Below, one piece after another: positions 1 to 9,616 of a DNA stretch of 64,000 nt (position 1 is its first letter; each line of letters begins with the position of its first letter). The notes beneath the pieces were generated by a model. It was given only the letters and a program-made list of their open reading frames with translations. It was not told the origin of the DNA and made no database searches. The stretch is taken from IMG/VR virus record IMGVR_UViG_3300014656_000015; one strand, given 5' to 3'. The position numbers and the translations under genes are program-made. This DNA comes from a virus.

Positions 1-45
1 GACACGGAGTTCGATCGCGCTCACCATCCACGCTCCTGGATCAGT

Positions 46-495
46 CTATCGTTCATCCCTGTCCTCCTCCCCTCTCAGCCGCACGTAAGCGGCGACGGCG
101 GCACGCATGGCGTCCCAGGCCGTTGGTGACTCGCCATCAGCATCCTGCTCAAAGACTAGGCCATCGACGTACCATGTCCACTGCGATCCACTCCGATACA
201 CTTTGATGTTCCACCCGGCCAGCGAATCGGCAAGCACCCACCGTTTGTGCGGGAAATCTTGCCACTCCCACCCATCGACCTCACCCCCGGTCTCGGCCGC
301 GAGCCTGATCCGCAGATCGGCGACCTCGACCCACAGGCTATGGAGGACAGTCTCACAACGGCACGCGAGACAGGGGTCAAGCGCATCAGCATCACAGTCG
401 CACCCGTAGTCCTGGAGCAGGCCCAAAACAAGCGCTAACTGGGTCGGATTACCCTCAGCGTCACACTGTCTGATCATCTCGTTCCATTCACTCAT
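46..495 (-). CDS. hypothetical phage protein
   Basis: Start taken at MSEWNEM (ATG 495), overlapping the upstream stop; Cys cluster plus Trp-rich C-terminus. Confidence 0.6.
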   Translation of the reverse strand: MSEWNEMIRQCDAEGNPTQLALVLGLLQDYGCDCDADALDPCLACRCETVLHSLWVEVADLRIRLAAETGGEVDGWEWQDFPHKRWVLADSLAGWNIKVYRSGSQWTWYVDGLVFEQDADGESPTAWDAMRAAVAAYVRLRGEEDRDER

Positions 496-805
496 CACGG
501 CCTTCTTTCTCCCTCTGCAGCGTCTTGCTCGGACCCATGTCCTCCAGTACCTGCTCCGCGAGATGCTCCCGCGCGGCGAGGTGGCTCTGGTCATCGATCC
601 CGAGCACCCAACGACCGATCGGACACGCGCTCGACAGGTAGCTGTGGTCGCGGCACTGCTGCGGTCTCCGCTCATAGATGCCGCAGAACACGAATGCGGC
701 CGAGCCTCGCCGAGCCTCGACGATGTGCGGGCACGGCATCGTCTCGGGATCCGTGACGAGTGGACTCATACGTCGGCAACAATCACCGCAATGGAGACAA
801 ACCAT
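488..805 (-). CDS. YkgJ-like CxxCxxCC Fe-S/Zn cluster protein
   Basis: MVCLHCGDCC...PCPH...CGIYERRPQQCR motif; GGAGG RBS upstream of ATG 805. Confidence 0.75.
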   Translation of the reverse strand: MVCLHCGDCCRRMSPLVTDPETMPCPHIVEARRGSAAFVFCGIYERRPQQCRDHSYLSSACPIGRWVLGIDDQSHLAAREHLAEQVLEDMGPSKTLQREKEGRDE

Positions 806-918
806 GTTCTCGGACCTCCAATCCTCCTTTTCATCCCGCGAGATTCGCTTCAACCGACTGTGGCAATGACCCCTGGTCTCCACATGTCATGCCCCTCCCT
901 CCCCTGGTTCAGTCGGTA

Positions 919-1329
919 CTACAGGGACTCGAGCAGGGCCCGGAGCTCGTCGATACCCTTCTCCTTGAGGGACCCGGCCTCCTTCTCCGCGATGACCGCC
1001 AGGATCATCTGCTTCTTGTCCCGGGTCTCCTTCGCCTTCTTCGCCGCTTCCTGCTCCACCAGGCGCACCGCGATGATGTGCTTGACGATCTCGAAAGCTG
1101 TCTCGAGCTGCCGGTTCGTCTCGACGAGCCCCGGGTTGACGAAGTCCTCTTCATCCACAGCCTTCAGCGCCCGGTTCAGCGCCTTGGCCAGATCGTTGAG
1201 GTTCGCTACCCGATCCTTGTTAGAGGTCAATGGAAGTTCCCAGAGATCCTCCACCACCAGCTGCCCAACCGGAGTCGGGAAACGCAGCTTCCATCGTGAC
1301 GCCCTCTCGAATAGTTCCATTTCTTGCAC
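919..1329 (-). CDS. conserved phage protein, coiled-coil C-terminus
   Basis: FERASRWKLRF...VEDLWELPL pattern recalled from many phages, usually next to the following 668 aa gene. Confidence 0.75.
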   Translation of the reverse strand: MQEMELFERASRWKLRFPTPVGQLVVEDLWELPLTSNKDRVANLNDLAKALNRALKAVDEEDFVNPGLVETNRQLETAFEIVKHIIAVRLVEQEAAKKAKETRDKKQMILAVIAEKEAGSLKEKGIDELRALLESL

Positions 1330-1341
1330 CTTTCCCGTTCC

Positions 1342-3348
1342 TTAGAACGTGATGTTGATGGTGCGGGTAAACGCACCGGAGACCTTGGCATAGACATTGT
1401 TGCGCTGGGTCGAGCTGAAGCCCAACCCGCTGAGCTGCTCCCCCTCCTCCTCGGTTCGCATCCGATCCCCGAGGAGCTCGAAGACCTTGCGGTGCTCCCG
1501 CAAGTCATCGGAGAGGTACTCGTTGAAGAAGCCCCTCGAGCTGCCGTCCCGCCGGCACCCCTTGAGCATGAAGAACCAGTGTCGATTCCCCGTCGGCTTC
1601 CCATCCCAGTGATTCGGAGACAGCATGATCATCTGGACCGGGTGGAAACTCTGCGTCGGCAGACCCCACAGCTCCTTCATAACGGTCCGCATGGGGAGGG
1701 ATTCGACGATCCGGATCCCGTCTGCCTCGGTGTAGGTGAAACTGGCCACCCGCACCGTCTCCTTTGGCTTGACCTCACGATCACAGGCAAAGGTGGTCAG
1801 CACACCGTCGAACTCGAGCTCGACCTCGAACCCGACGTCGATCCGCTCCCGATGCGTGAAGTTGTGGACGCAGAGCCGGTACGTACCGGACCTCATCATG
1901 CTTCGCTTGGCGTAGGTGATGTTCTCGACCGCGTTCCTCGAGGTGTTCGGACCAGAGGCCATCACGTTCATGTCCACATCGAGCTCACCCCCAGTGGGAG
2001 ATCTCCTAGTACAGTACGAGATCTCGTAGCCACGGGGCTCCACGAGATGTAGATCCAGATCATCACTGTTGAACCAGGCCAGGGAGGCCCGGAAGTCCCC
2101 GGTCACGTCTCCCCCACGAGCCTTGACCCGCTCCTTGATCGAGTCCGCCAGGTCACCCCGATAGGTCCAGGAGAAGTTGTTGGGCCACTTGAAGAGATGC
2201 TTGGCCTCGGGATCGACGGGCGCGACCAGGTTGACCAGGCTGCCACCGTGCCGATTCTCCAGGAGGAGCTCGACCGACGTCGTCTTCGGGAGGATGTCCT
2301 GGATGAAGGACTCGATTGGGACAGCCTCGACCTTCTCCAGGCTCTTCGGGCTCTCCACAGTCCTGGAGATGAGCTCGTCGAAAACGTCGGCACCCAAGGA
2401 CAGCCTGGCGTCCCGATTGGCAAAGAGCACGTTGTTGATCGAGATGTCCGCCATCCGAGCGAAGCGGCGGCCGAGGGCGGAGCCGTAGCCCAGCTCCTCC
2501 ACCGCTTTGCGGGCCCGCTCGACCATGGCCTTGGTGACCAACGCCTTGGGCCGCCGGTAGTTCTGCGGAGCCACCTTGGCCTCAAACATGCGGACCGCCT
2601 CATCCAGGGTCTTGTCTTCAGACAGGTCCACCAGAAGCGTCCCGATGGCGCTGTTACGGATATGGGTGACGGCTGGGTGCAGGTCCTGGCGCCAGGTGAA
2701 GAACTCTCTCCATCTTTCCTCGTTGAGTCGAGCATAGGCATGCTTCACCTCGAGGAAGAGCCGGAGCACTGGTTTATGCTCCTCCCCCCGATACAACGAG
2801 CCCTGCTCGATGAGCTCGATCACGGTCTCGATGCTGTCGATGCTGATCTCCTCCAGGGCTCGGGCAAAGACGTCCCGTTGCGACCTCTTGTCAGCAAGGA
2901 CCGGGCCCCGGTCCTTGACGACGCAGTGCTGCGGCAGGACAAGGTGAAAGTGCTCCCAGGTCAGCACCTCCCCATCGACCTCCTGGTAATTCTTGTCCAC
3001 CCCAACAACCCGCTGGTCATGGAGCAGGACATTCTCGATGGGCGCGGACCGGACAAGCTCACTCATCGCTGCCGCCACCCTATCGTAGGGGTGGCCGACC
3101 TTGCAGTCCCAGATCGACACCAGTCTATTGTCGATCACGGCGACCAGGCTCCCCACGGCCCGGATGAAGGACCTGCACGCCTGGCAGTCATGCTCGGTCC
3201 GCTCCCGCATCACCGGGTTGGTCCCGGTCGGGAAGCTATCGAGGTAGGTGCTCCAGAGCACCTCCTTCTCCACCTCGGTTCGGAAGAGCGAATGCTCCCG
3301 CATCCGCTCGAACTGGCGGCTGACCGCCGTTTTGAGCTCACTGAACAT
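1342..3348 (-). CDS. conserved phage protein with N-terminal HDCxxC motif and C-terminal YfaP/DUF2135-like domain
   Basis: 668 aa ORF; EHDCQACRSFI, DDLDLHL, LDVDMN...AVENI motifs; GGAAAG RBS. Confidence 0.8.
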   Translation of the reverse strand: MFSELKTAVSRQFERMREHSLFRTEVEKEVLWSTYLDSFPTGTNPVMRERTEHDCQACRSFIRAVGSLVAVIDNRLVSIWDCKVGHPYDRVAAAMSELVRSAPIENVLLHDQRVVGVDKNYQEVDGEVLTWEHFHLVLPQHCVVKDRGPVLADKRSQRDVFARALEEISIDSIETVIELIEQGSLYRGEEHKPVLRLFLEVKHAYARLNEERWREFFTWRQDLHPAVTHIRNSAIGTLLVDLSEDKTLDEAVRMFEAKVAPQNYRRPKALVTKAMVERARKAVEELGYGSALGRRFARMADISINNVLFANRDARLSLGADVFDELISRTVESPKSLEKVEAVPIESFIQDILPKTTSVELLLENRHGGSLVNLVAPVDPEAKHLFKWPNNFSWTYRGDLADSIKERVKARGGDVTGDFRASLAWFNSDDLDLHLVEPRGYEISYCTRRSPTGGELDVDMNVMASGPNTSRNAVENITYAKRSMMRSGTYRLCVHNFTHRERIDVGFEVELEFDGVLTTFACDREVKPKETVRVASFTYTEADGIRIVESLPMRTVMKELWGLPTQSFHPVQMIMLSPNHWDGKPTGNRHWFFMLKGCRRDGSSRGFFNEYLSDDLREHRKVFELLGDRMRTEEEGEQLSGLGFSSTQRNNVYAKVSGAFTRTINITF

Positions 3349-3565
3349 CTGGTTCTTTCCCTTTCCTCAAGCAGGCATTACACTCCATCCATTGCCCCAC
3401 GAACGGGGGCCGGTTCGAATTTGCCATGTACAGCGCGGAGTGCCCGCACAGCAACTCGACTCTCCAGCAGCCCCTTCTCAGACCCCCGGGTAGCTTCTCC
3501 CCGACCTTGACGATCTTCCGGCTCGGGGGAACCCCTGGTATCCGATACTTGTCCAGGCTACCCAT
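3338..3565 (-). CDS. small Cys/His-containing hypothetical protein
   Basis: GGAGGAG RBS; LLCGH...CNAC; fills the gap in the operon. Confidence 0.55.
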   Translation of the reverse strand: MGSLDKYRIPGVPPSRKIVKVGEKLPGGLRRGCWRVELLCGHSALYMANSNRPPFVGQWMECNACLRKGKEPDVQ

Positions 3566-4007
3566 CGGACTCCTCCTGCTCACCCAGCCAGCAGCCCGTC
3601 GTCATCCACCTCAGTCCCTTCTGCGTCACGTAGCAAGCTCCGCCCCCATACGCATCGAGGCGCGGCCTGGAGCAGGTGAAGGCATACTCGAACCCAACTC
3701 CCTCCTGTATGTCGAACCGCCGAAGGTAGCTCTGGATGATGGTGGCAAGCGCCTCGACCTGCACCGATTCATCCGAACGTATCCAGAGGGATAGGGGACC
3801 CTTGGAAACCAGGACCCCGGTACCCCAGTTCAGGTCCGCTCCCTGCTCCGTGGCCACGGCGACGATCTCCTCGGGTAGCGCCCCCCGTCCATCCTCATCG
3901 TTAGCATTGTCGTCAACGGCCCGAAAGGCATCCAGCAACCACGTCAGCTGGGCCTCATCCGACACCTCGATTCGCATCGAAAGCAACGTATAGTAATCCG
4001 CCATCAC
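3558..4007 (-). CDS. hypothetical phage protein
   Basis: 149 aa ORF with overlapping start/stop coupling; CSRPRLDAYGGGA motif. Confidence 0.7.
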   Translation of the reverse strand: MMADYYTLLSMRIEVSDEAQLTWLLDAFRAVDDNANDEDGRGALPEEIVAVATEQGADLNWGTGVLVSKGPLSLWIRSDESVQVEALATIIQSYLRRFDIQEGVGFEYAFTCSRPRLDAYGGGACYVTQKGLRWMTTGCWLGEQEESDG

Positions 4008-4309
4008 TCCTCACTTCCCGAAGCCTCGCGCACACTATCCACGTCGACTTCACCCACGAACTGCGCGCGTCGAGACGGCAAGCCGCCGCAGTCATCCGGG
4101 TCGATCCAGGGCGGTGGATGATCCGGGTCGGCAATGGTGCGACCCGGTCCGGCGAGCACCAGGTGCCGCCGACCAAAGCAGGAGCTGTCCATCATCGTGT
4201 TCCGGTAGAGCAGCACATGATCCGTTGGTATCAAACGATCCACCAAGACCTGCACCGCCATCGGGGCGAAACAGTGCTCGTCGATCAACTCCTCATACTT
4301 GATCATCAT
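4004..4309 (-). CDS. hypothetical protein
   Basis: AGGAG RBS before MMIKYEEL; coupled to the next gene. Confidence 0.65.
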   Translation of the reverse strand: MMIKYEELIDEHCFAPMAVQVLVDRLIPTDHVLLYRNTMMDSSCFGRRHLVLAGPGRTIADPDHPPPWIDPDDCGGLPSRRAQFVGEVDVDSVREASGSEE

Positions 4310-4316
4310 GACGCTC

Positions 4317-4706
4317 CTAGCTGTGGAAGGACCAATGAGGTCCGGACTCCGAAGGGAAGTCGACACTGAGGCTACCGTCGCCGAACCCAGCCCCATTGTG
4401 GTAGATCATCCCCAGGGTAAACCAAGCAGCCCTGAGAGGCCGTCCGTCCGCATCGGGGTGCTGGCAGTAGACCATGAAGGAGAAGTGGCGGGCATCCATC
4501 GTGTCCCCCTCGGCCAGGGGATGGTCCGGCACGAGCAGATTGAGACTCTTGCCCTCAAGCTCCTGATCCCCGAAACGGGCCGCGTAGGCCAGTGCCTTCT
4601 CCAGCTTCTGCGTCAGCTCGATCCCGGGATGCTCCGCATCGAGCCTGGCGCACTCCTCCCGTACCCTGCCGAGCCGATACCCGGCCTCCGGTGTCATGTT
4701 CAGCAT
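4317..4706 (-). CDS. DUF4120-like protein
   Basis: GMIYHNG...SLSV...HWSFHS C-terminus; GGAAAGGAG RBS. Confidence 0.7.
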   Translation of the reverse strand: MLNMTPEAGYRLGRVREECARLDAEHPGIELTQKLEKALAYAARFGDQELEGKSLNLLVPDHPLAEGDTMDARHFSFMVYCQHPDADGRPLRAAWFTLGMIYHNGAGFGDGSLSVDFPSESGPHWSFHS

Positions 4707-4799
4707 GTCCTCTCTCCTTTCCTTTCATCCTAAAGAACTCAGTGGACAGACACGGTCCTACCAATAGGACCCGTGCTCGGCAGATGTTGCCGTGGTTCT

Positions 4800-4828
4800 C
4801 TTATACCCGGAGCAAGGAGGGGGTTGCG
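4800..4828 (-). promoter_or_regulatory. phage ATAAG-class promoter
   Basis: CGCAAC-N17-TATAAG on the minus strand, upstream of the accessory operon. Confidence 0.6.
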
Positions 4829-4835
4829 GAGAGGA

Positions 4836-5141
4836 TCAGATGGTCTGGCGTCGCTTGACCAGGGGGAGGCGCGTCTCCCGACGCAGCGGAGGTACGGGGA
4901 ACGGGGAGCCCACATACTGATAGGTGTAGGCCGAGGCGCGGACCAGGTTGAGGTAGGGGTGCTCGGGCCGCACCCGATCCCGGACCAGAATGGTCACCCG
5001 CTTCTCCGCGACACGCCGGACCATAACCCGCTCCCGCATCACGGTGTACCCATGGTGGTCAACGAAGGCTACCTCCGAGATCTGCCGAGTATCGCCTCGA
5101 TAGATCTGGCCGAGCCCCTCCCCAACATCGGTAGGTATCAT
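4836..5141 (-). CDS. hypothetical tail-associated protein
   Basis: ATGA-coupled directly downstream of the tape-measure-like gene. Confidence 0.6.
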   Translation of the reverse strand: MIPTDVGEGLGQIYRGDTRQISEVAFVDHHGYTVMRERVMVRRVAEKRVTILVRDRVRPEHPYLNLVRASAYTYQYVGSPFPVPPLRRETRLPLVKRRQTI

Positions 5142-8100
5142 GACGTTGCCCCTCCTACTCCAGCAGTGGCGTTCCCAGCAGGCGGAGTGGTCGGACCCCC
5201 ACCACCGTCCCCGGACGTATTGATTGAACGAATCGCGTCGATCAGCTTCTGGTTCCCACTGTTTTCCGCCACCGCGGTCGTGAGCTTCACCAGCCTCTGC
5301 AGCTCACGCAGCTGATCCCGGGCCACTTCAGGCATGGAACGCTGCTCCTCCGGTATGTTCCCACCCTGCCGCCCCAATCCGTAGCCCGCACCCTGCTCCG
5401 CCGACCTCTGGAGCCGCTCCGCTTCGGTGACACCACCCTTGATCATACCCGCGTCCTGCCTCAGCATCCGCTCCAGATCCGTCGCACCTACGCCAGGAGC
5501 CAACGTCCCCAGAGCGTTCCGTTTCTGGAGCTCGGCCATGACACCGGTCACGCCACCCTCCCCCTCCCGCTCCAGACGCCGCGCCATCTCGAGCTGGAAC
5601 CGGCGCTGGGCCGACACGCTGCCTTCCAGCTCCACACCAGCACCCTGGAAGATGCTTGCCAGCACCCTCCGACCCCGATCCCCCTGCTGATCCCCGAGCT
5701 CTCGATAGACCCGATTCATCCGGTTGATGGCGGCGGCATGGTACACCCCGGGTCCACCCTCCTCCTTGGACAGGACCCCGGCCAGGTTGGCACCTTCCTC
5801 GGTGTGGCCATACTTGATGAGCCAGTTCAGGAGACCCTCCCGATCCTGCTTGCCTTCGGACTGCCGCCCCACATGTGCCATGAACTCGTCCAGAGCGGCT
5901 CCCTCCACCCGCCCCTTGACGTCGTTCAGGTTCTGGCCAAGCCAGTTCTGCAGCTCCTTGGCCTTGATCTTGGCATTGGTATCGATAATGTCTCGGGCCA
6001 TAACCCTGCTACGCTCGAGATGACTAGCCATGTCCCGCATCGTCTCATCGTTATCGAGACCGAGCTGCAGCGCACGACGCTCCACGGTGCTCAGATCGGT
6101 GCCCTGGAACACGCTCGGGGCATTGGCCCCGCCACGGGCCTCCGCCAGCAAGCCGAGCTGAGTCCGAGCCTCTTCCCGACTGAGGCCGGCAATGGGGTCG
6201 TTGGGGTCCGCAGCTGCAGCCCTGATATAGCGCTGGAGCTCCCCACCGGGAGTGGCGGTGGCCGCAGTCATCAAACCGGCATAGTCCGGGCTGGACTGTC
6301 GCTCCCGAGCCCGGCCCAGCGCCCACGCCGCCACCCCGCCTCCCGCACCCCATGCCAGTATGCCAGCACCGGTTCCCAGAGCCGTAGCATTCTGCGCCCA
6401 CCGCCCCCCACTACGCTGCTGCATCCGGAGGATAAGGTTCTCCTGTTGTGCTTGACCACGCGCCAAGCGCTCCCCGAGCCCTTCAATACTAGTGCCGCCC
6501 ACGCCGGATAGTGGGGATTTGTAGCCTCCGGTGAGACTCCCCTCCGCTATCCCCAAAATGGCCGCCCGCTCCTCCCAACTCTTTCCCTCGGTCAAATGAC
6601 GAAACTCGGTAGACTCCCGACGCAGAAACTCGATCCGCTTGTTGAGGAAGTCGGCCCTAGCCTCCGTGGTCATCGAGGGGCGCAGAGCCATCGCGTCCCC
6701 CACCGACTCATAGCCAAAACGACCGCCAAAGCCGAAACCGGCTGCCTCCTTGTTGAGGACTACGGCCCGCGCCACATCGCTCTGGAGCCGTGACAGCCCA
6801 CCCGTATCAAGACCGAGATTGCTAGGAGTGATAGCTTGGACTCTGCCTGTCATCTGCTCCCAGTACTGCTGTTGCTGTTCCGGTGTCGCCCCCTCCCGAA
6901 GCTCGCCGTAGCGATACGCCCCCATTCGCTCCAGCCTGGTCTGCAAGCCGGGGGCTCGGATACCCAGGGCCACCCCGAGCCGCCCAGCCAGCGTGGTCGG
7001 TGCACCGCCTCCGGCCGGTACCGACCTGCGGAACGCAGCGAGCTCGGCATCGGTAGCCAGCGCCGCACCGGGCCCCATCCGTCCGGTCCGGGCCAGCTCG
7101 GTGGCTGCCTGCTGCGCCGCGGCGGAGACATGAGTGTTGACGGTGCCCTCGATCTCGGACGTGAGCCGATCCACTCGTTCGGTGAGGACAGTGACCATAT
7201 CATCGCCAACCTGGCGAAGCGGCCCCTCCACGTCACGCTCCCACATGTTGCTGACCCGGTTCCGGAGCCCGCGCAACCCGGTCCGCTCCCGCATCCGGCC
7301 CATGGCCTCGTTCTCCATGGTCTGCCGGAACCGGACCGACCTCTCCTCCATGATCGCGGGGAGCTCCCGGGTGTACTGCACCATGGCCTCAACCTGGGCC
7401 TGTGACATGTTCTGACTCCGACGGAGCCAGCGCTGCATGATGGGGTCCTCCAGGGACAGGCCCCGGGCCTGCTCGAAGTGCTGCCCGAGCAACCCCATCA
7501 TGACCCCCTCCCCACCCTCCTCGAGCAGCTGGCCCCGGAGCCGCTCCTCCTCCGCAAAGAACTCTGACCTACGACCCCCACTCTGCGCGATGTTGTGACG
7601 TGCAATGGTTCGTAGCTCCCGGATCGAGATCTGGCCCGATGCCGCCCGCTGCATCAGCTCCCGATTGATCCCACCGGTGGTCGGATCCCAGAGCCCGGCC
7701 AGCATGGGTCGCCCCACGCCTCGAGCAAAGAACCGGGTGTTGGTCTCCATCATCTGTCCCGCAAAGGCCTGGGCCGCCGCGGTGCCGGTCAGCCCGCCCG
7801 TCGCCTCGGACAGCATCTCCTCGGAGAGCGCGCCGGTCCCCACGGCGAGTGCAACGTTACCGGCCATGCCCTGGAGCGCGCCGGCACCGACCCTGCCCCG
7901 CATACCGTACATCCGACCCATCTGGGCGCCCTGCATCCCGATCTGCTGCATCTCGGCCATACCGATGCCGCTGGCCCCCGAGATCATCCTGGTCCGCATC
8001 AGGCTGGCACTGATGTCCTGGCCCCGGAAGAATCCCATGGAGCGCTGCTGCTCCAGGTACTCCGTCGCCCCCTCCAACGAGGTGTGCAGCGTCTCCGCGA

Positions 8101-8755
8101 TCTCCTTCAGCCCCCCGACCAGATCCCGGAACCGCTGCTTGAACTGCTGCGCGCCCTGCACCCCACGGTACAGCCGCATCTGGGAAGTCTTCTCGAGGAC
8201 CCGGGTCAGGTCGTCAACCTGGGCAAAGATGTCCTCACCCGCCATCTCCCGGATCATGGTGGAGACGTCACCCATCTCCCGGGACGAGAACCCCATACCG
8301 CCACGGCCACTGCCAACGCCCATGCGTTGGCCGAACTGCTGCCGCATCACCCGGTTCACGTTCTGCCGCTCCTGGAACCCGGCGTAGACATTCTCCCCAC
8401 CGAACTGGGCCACCTCGAGCGCACCGAGAGCCATCATGCCCGGGATGCCACCAGCAGCGGCCAGCATCGGCCCACCGATCCCGAAGAGTCCAGCGGCTCC
8501 GGCTCCCATGGCTCCCAGATTGCCCACAGTGCTGAGACCTCGACCCATGGTGGTGGCGAAGGCGAGACCCCCACCTACCATGCTCTCCGCGATGTGCTGG
8601 GAGGGGAAGGTGCCCATGGAGGCGTTGGGCAGCCCCATCGCCATCCCCATCATGCCGCCGTGCGGATTGATCATCTGGGAGTAGGCCGCGTTCCCCATGA
8701 ACATCTGCTGCTGCTGCATGGCCATCGCAGCGATCTGGTTCGACGTCATCGGCAT
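5138..8755 (-). CDS. tape-measure-like tail protein
   Basis: About 1200 aa, G/A/M/Q-rich helical sequence with Gly-rich hydrophobic segments; AGGAG RBS before MPMTSNQ. Confidence 0.65.
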   Translation of the reverse strand: MPMTSNQIAAMAMQQQQMFMGNAAYSQMINPHGGMMGMAMGLPNASMGTFPSQHIAESMVGGGLAFATTMGRGLSTVGNLGAMGAGAAGLFGIGGPMLAAAGGIPGMMALGALEVAQFGGENVYAGFQERQNVNRVMRQQFGQRMGVGSGRGGMGFSSREMGDVSTMIREMAGEDIFAQVDDLTRVLEKTSQMRLYRGVQGAQQFKQRFRDLVGGLKEIAETLHTSLEGATEYLEQQRSMGFFRGQDISASLMRTRMISGASGIGMAEMQQIGMQGAQMGRMYGMRGRVGAGALQGMAGNVALAVGTGALSEEMLSEATGGLTGTAAAQAFAGQMMETNTRFFARGVGRPMLAGLWDPTTGGINRELMQRAASGQISIRELRTIARHNIAQSGGRRSEFFAEEERLRGQLLEEGGEGVMMGLLGQHFEQARGLSLEDPIMQRWLRRSQNMSQAQVEAMVQYTRELPAIMEERSVRFRQTMENEAMGRMRERTGLRGLRNRVSNMWERDVEGPLRQVGDDMVTVLTERVDRLTSEIEGTVNTHVSAAAQQAATELARTGRMGPGAALATDAELAAFRRSVPAGGGAPTTLAGRLGVALGIRAPGLQTRLERMGAYRYGELREGATPEQQQQYWEQMTGRVQAITPSNLGLDTGGLSRLQSDVARAVVLNKEAAGFGFGGRFGYESVGDAMALRPSMTTEARADFLNKRIEFLRRESTEFRHLTEGKSWEERAAILGIAEGSLTGGYKSPLSGVGGTSIEGLGERLARGQAQQENLILRMQQRSGGRWAQNATALGTGAGILAWGAGGGVAAWALGRARERQSSPDYAGLMTAATATPGGELQRYIRAAAADPNDPIAGLSREEARTQLGLLAEARGGANAPSVFQGTDLSTVERRALQLGLDNDETMRDMASHLERSRVMARDIIDTNAKIKAKELQNWLGQNLNDVKGRVEGAALDEFMAHVGRQSEGKQDREGLLNWLIKYGHTEEGANLAGVLSKEEGGPGVYHAAAINRMNRVYRELGDQQGDRGRRVLASIFQGAGVELEGSVSAQRRFQLEMARRLEREGEGGVTGVMAELQKRNALGTLAPGVGATDLERMLRQDAGMIKGGVTEAERLQRSAEQGAGYGLGRQGGNIPEEQRSMPEVARDQLRELQRLVKLTTAVAENSGNQKLIDAIRSINTSGDGGGGPTTPPAGNATAGVGGATS

Positions 8756-8808
8756 CGGGTCGAGTCTCCTGGTCCAGCTTACCACGTGGAAGTGCGGGGA
8801 TGCAGCTC

Positions 8809-8832
8809 GTTATAAGAACTATGGAAAGGAGG
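8809..8832 (+). promoter_or_regulatory. ATAAG-class promoter plus RBS module
   Basis: GTTATAAGAACTATGGAAAGGAGG, nearly identical to 54203 and 54629. Confidence 0.8.
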
Positions 8833-8836
8833 AGAC

Positions 8837-9052
8837 ATGATCTCCTTGATGCTCTTCATCCCAACCCTTCTGGTCGCCTACGGCGGCCTGAAGGCCCTAG
8901 AGATGACCTGCACCCGCGTGCAGGCCGTCTTCGAGGCGGACCGCGTCTCGATGGCCGCGGTGTGTGAGCGGCACACCGCGGAGGAGGTTGCCCAGGTTCG
9001 GGCGACCTACAAAGACTGGATAGAAAGGAGGCTGCGGTCCCGCGACCTCTGA
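8837..9052 (+). CDS. small protein with N-terminal hydrophobic segment
   Basis: Framed by the promoter/RBS module and the hairpin+AATTCCTTAG end. Confidence 0.75.
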   Translation: MISLMLFIPTLLVAYGGLKALEMTCTRVQAVFEADRVSMAAVCERHTAEEVAQVRATYKDWIERRLRSRDL

Positions 9053-9063
9053 TCCCCCACCTC

Positions 9064-9092
9064 TGGCCCCGTCTCGCGGGCCAATTCCTTAG
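9064..9092 (+). terminator. hairpin + AATTCCTTAG cassette end
   Basis: TGGCCC...GGGCCA stem followed by ATTCCTTAG, as at 54595-54619 and 54924-54949. Confidence 0.65.
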
Positions 9093-9095
9093 CCA

Positions 9096-9225
9096 GCTAA
9101 GAAACGGGGACCGGACGGGCCACCCCATCCGGTCCCTCAATAGCCTCATTCACTCAGCCCTCCTCTGCTGAGCCCAACACGGACCCGACGAGTAGGCAGT
9201 TGATACGGCTCAACCACCTGCTTCA
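9096..9225 (-). ncRNA. candidate structured small RNA
   Basis: Between a TGAAAA-N17-TATAAG promoter (9228-9256) and a hairpin+TTTCTTAGC end; three hairpins; no convincing ORF. Confidence 0.5.
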
Positions 9226-9289
9226 TCCTTATACCCCGAGCCCGAGCCGGTTTTCATGCAAGAACAGCAAAATTGCTGGGATAAGGCCC

Positions 9290-9366
9290 ATGGGAGCTGA
9301 AGCGCAGGCGCAAGGGCGAAGTCCCGGCTCTCAGGCTTCGGAGCTGCCCCGGGGTGTTTCCTTTAG
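9290..9366 (+). ncRNA. candidate structured small RNA
   Basis: Between TGCAAG-N17-GATAAG (9257-9285) and TTCCTTTAG; 9-bp stem 9291-9299/9325-9333. Confidence 0.4.
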
Positions 9367-9558
9367 GTGCCCAAGCATCCACATCGCGTAGTTCGCAATG
9401 GCGTTACGCTCAAGCTGGAGCAGGCCCTCCCGAAAGTCGTTCCGGACCAGGCACTGCTCGTACTCCTGGATGGAAGCACGGACTCGAGCCAGGTCCGCGT
9501 CGGGTCCCTGCTCCTCGGACTCGACGGGACGGCGCAGGACAAGATGTGCACTGATCAT
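9331..9558 (-). CDS. hypothetical protein
   Basis: 75 aa ORF with protein-like composition, divergent from the ligase-like gene. Confidence 0.45.
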   Translation of the reverse strand: MISAHLVLRRPVESEEQGPDADLARVRASIQEYEQCLVRNDFREGLLQLERNAIANYAMWMLGHLKETPRGSSEA

Positions 9559-9616
9559 GGGAATCAGGTTACGATGAATGGGTACGGTTCACAACCGAAA
9601 TGGAACGGAGGCTGCG

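Noticed and set aside
3374-3426. GGTTCGAAT as a tRNA T-loop
   Set aside because: No cloverleaf or acceptor stem can be formed, and it lies within a coding region
8856-9149. 97 aa minus-strand ORF with a GGAGG upstream
   Set aside because: Runs through the cassette-end signal and antisense over a well-framed gene; Arg/Pro-rich, non-protein-like composition
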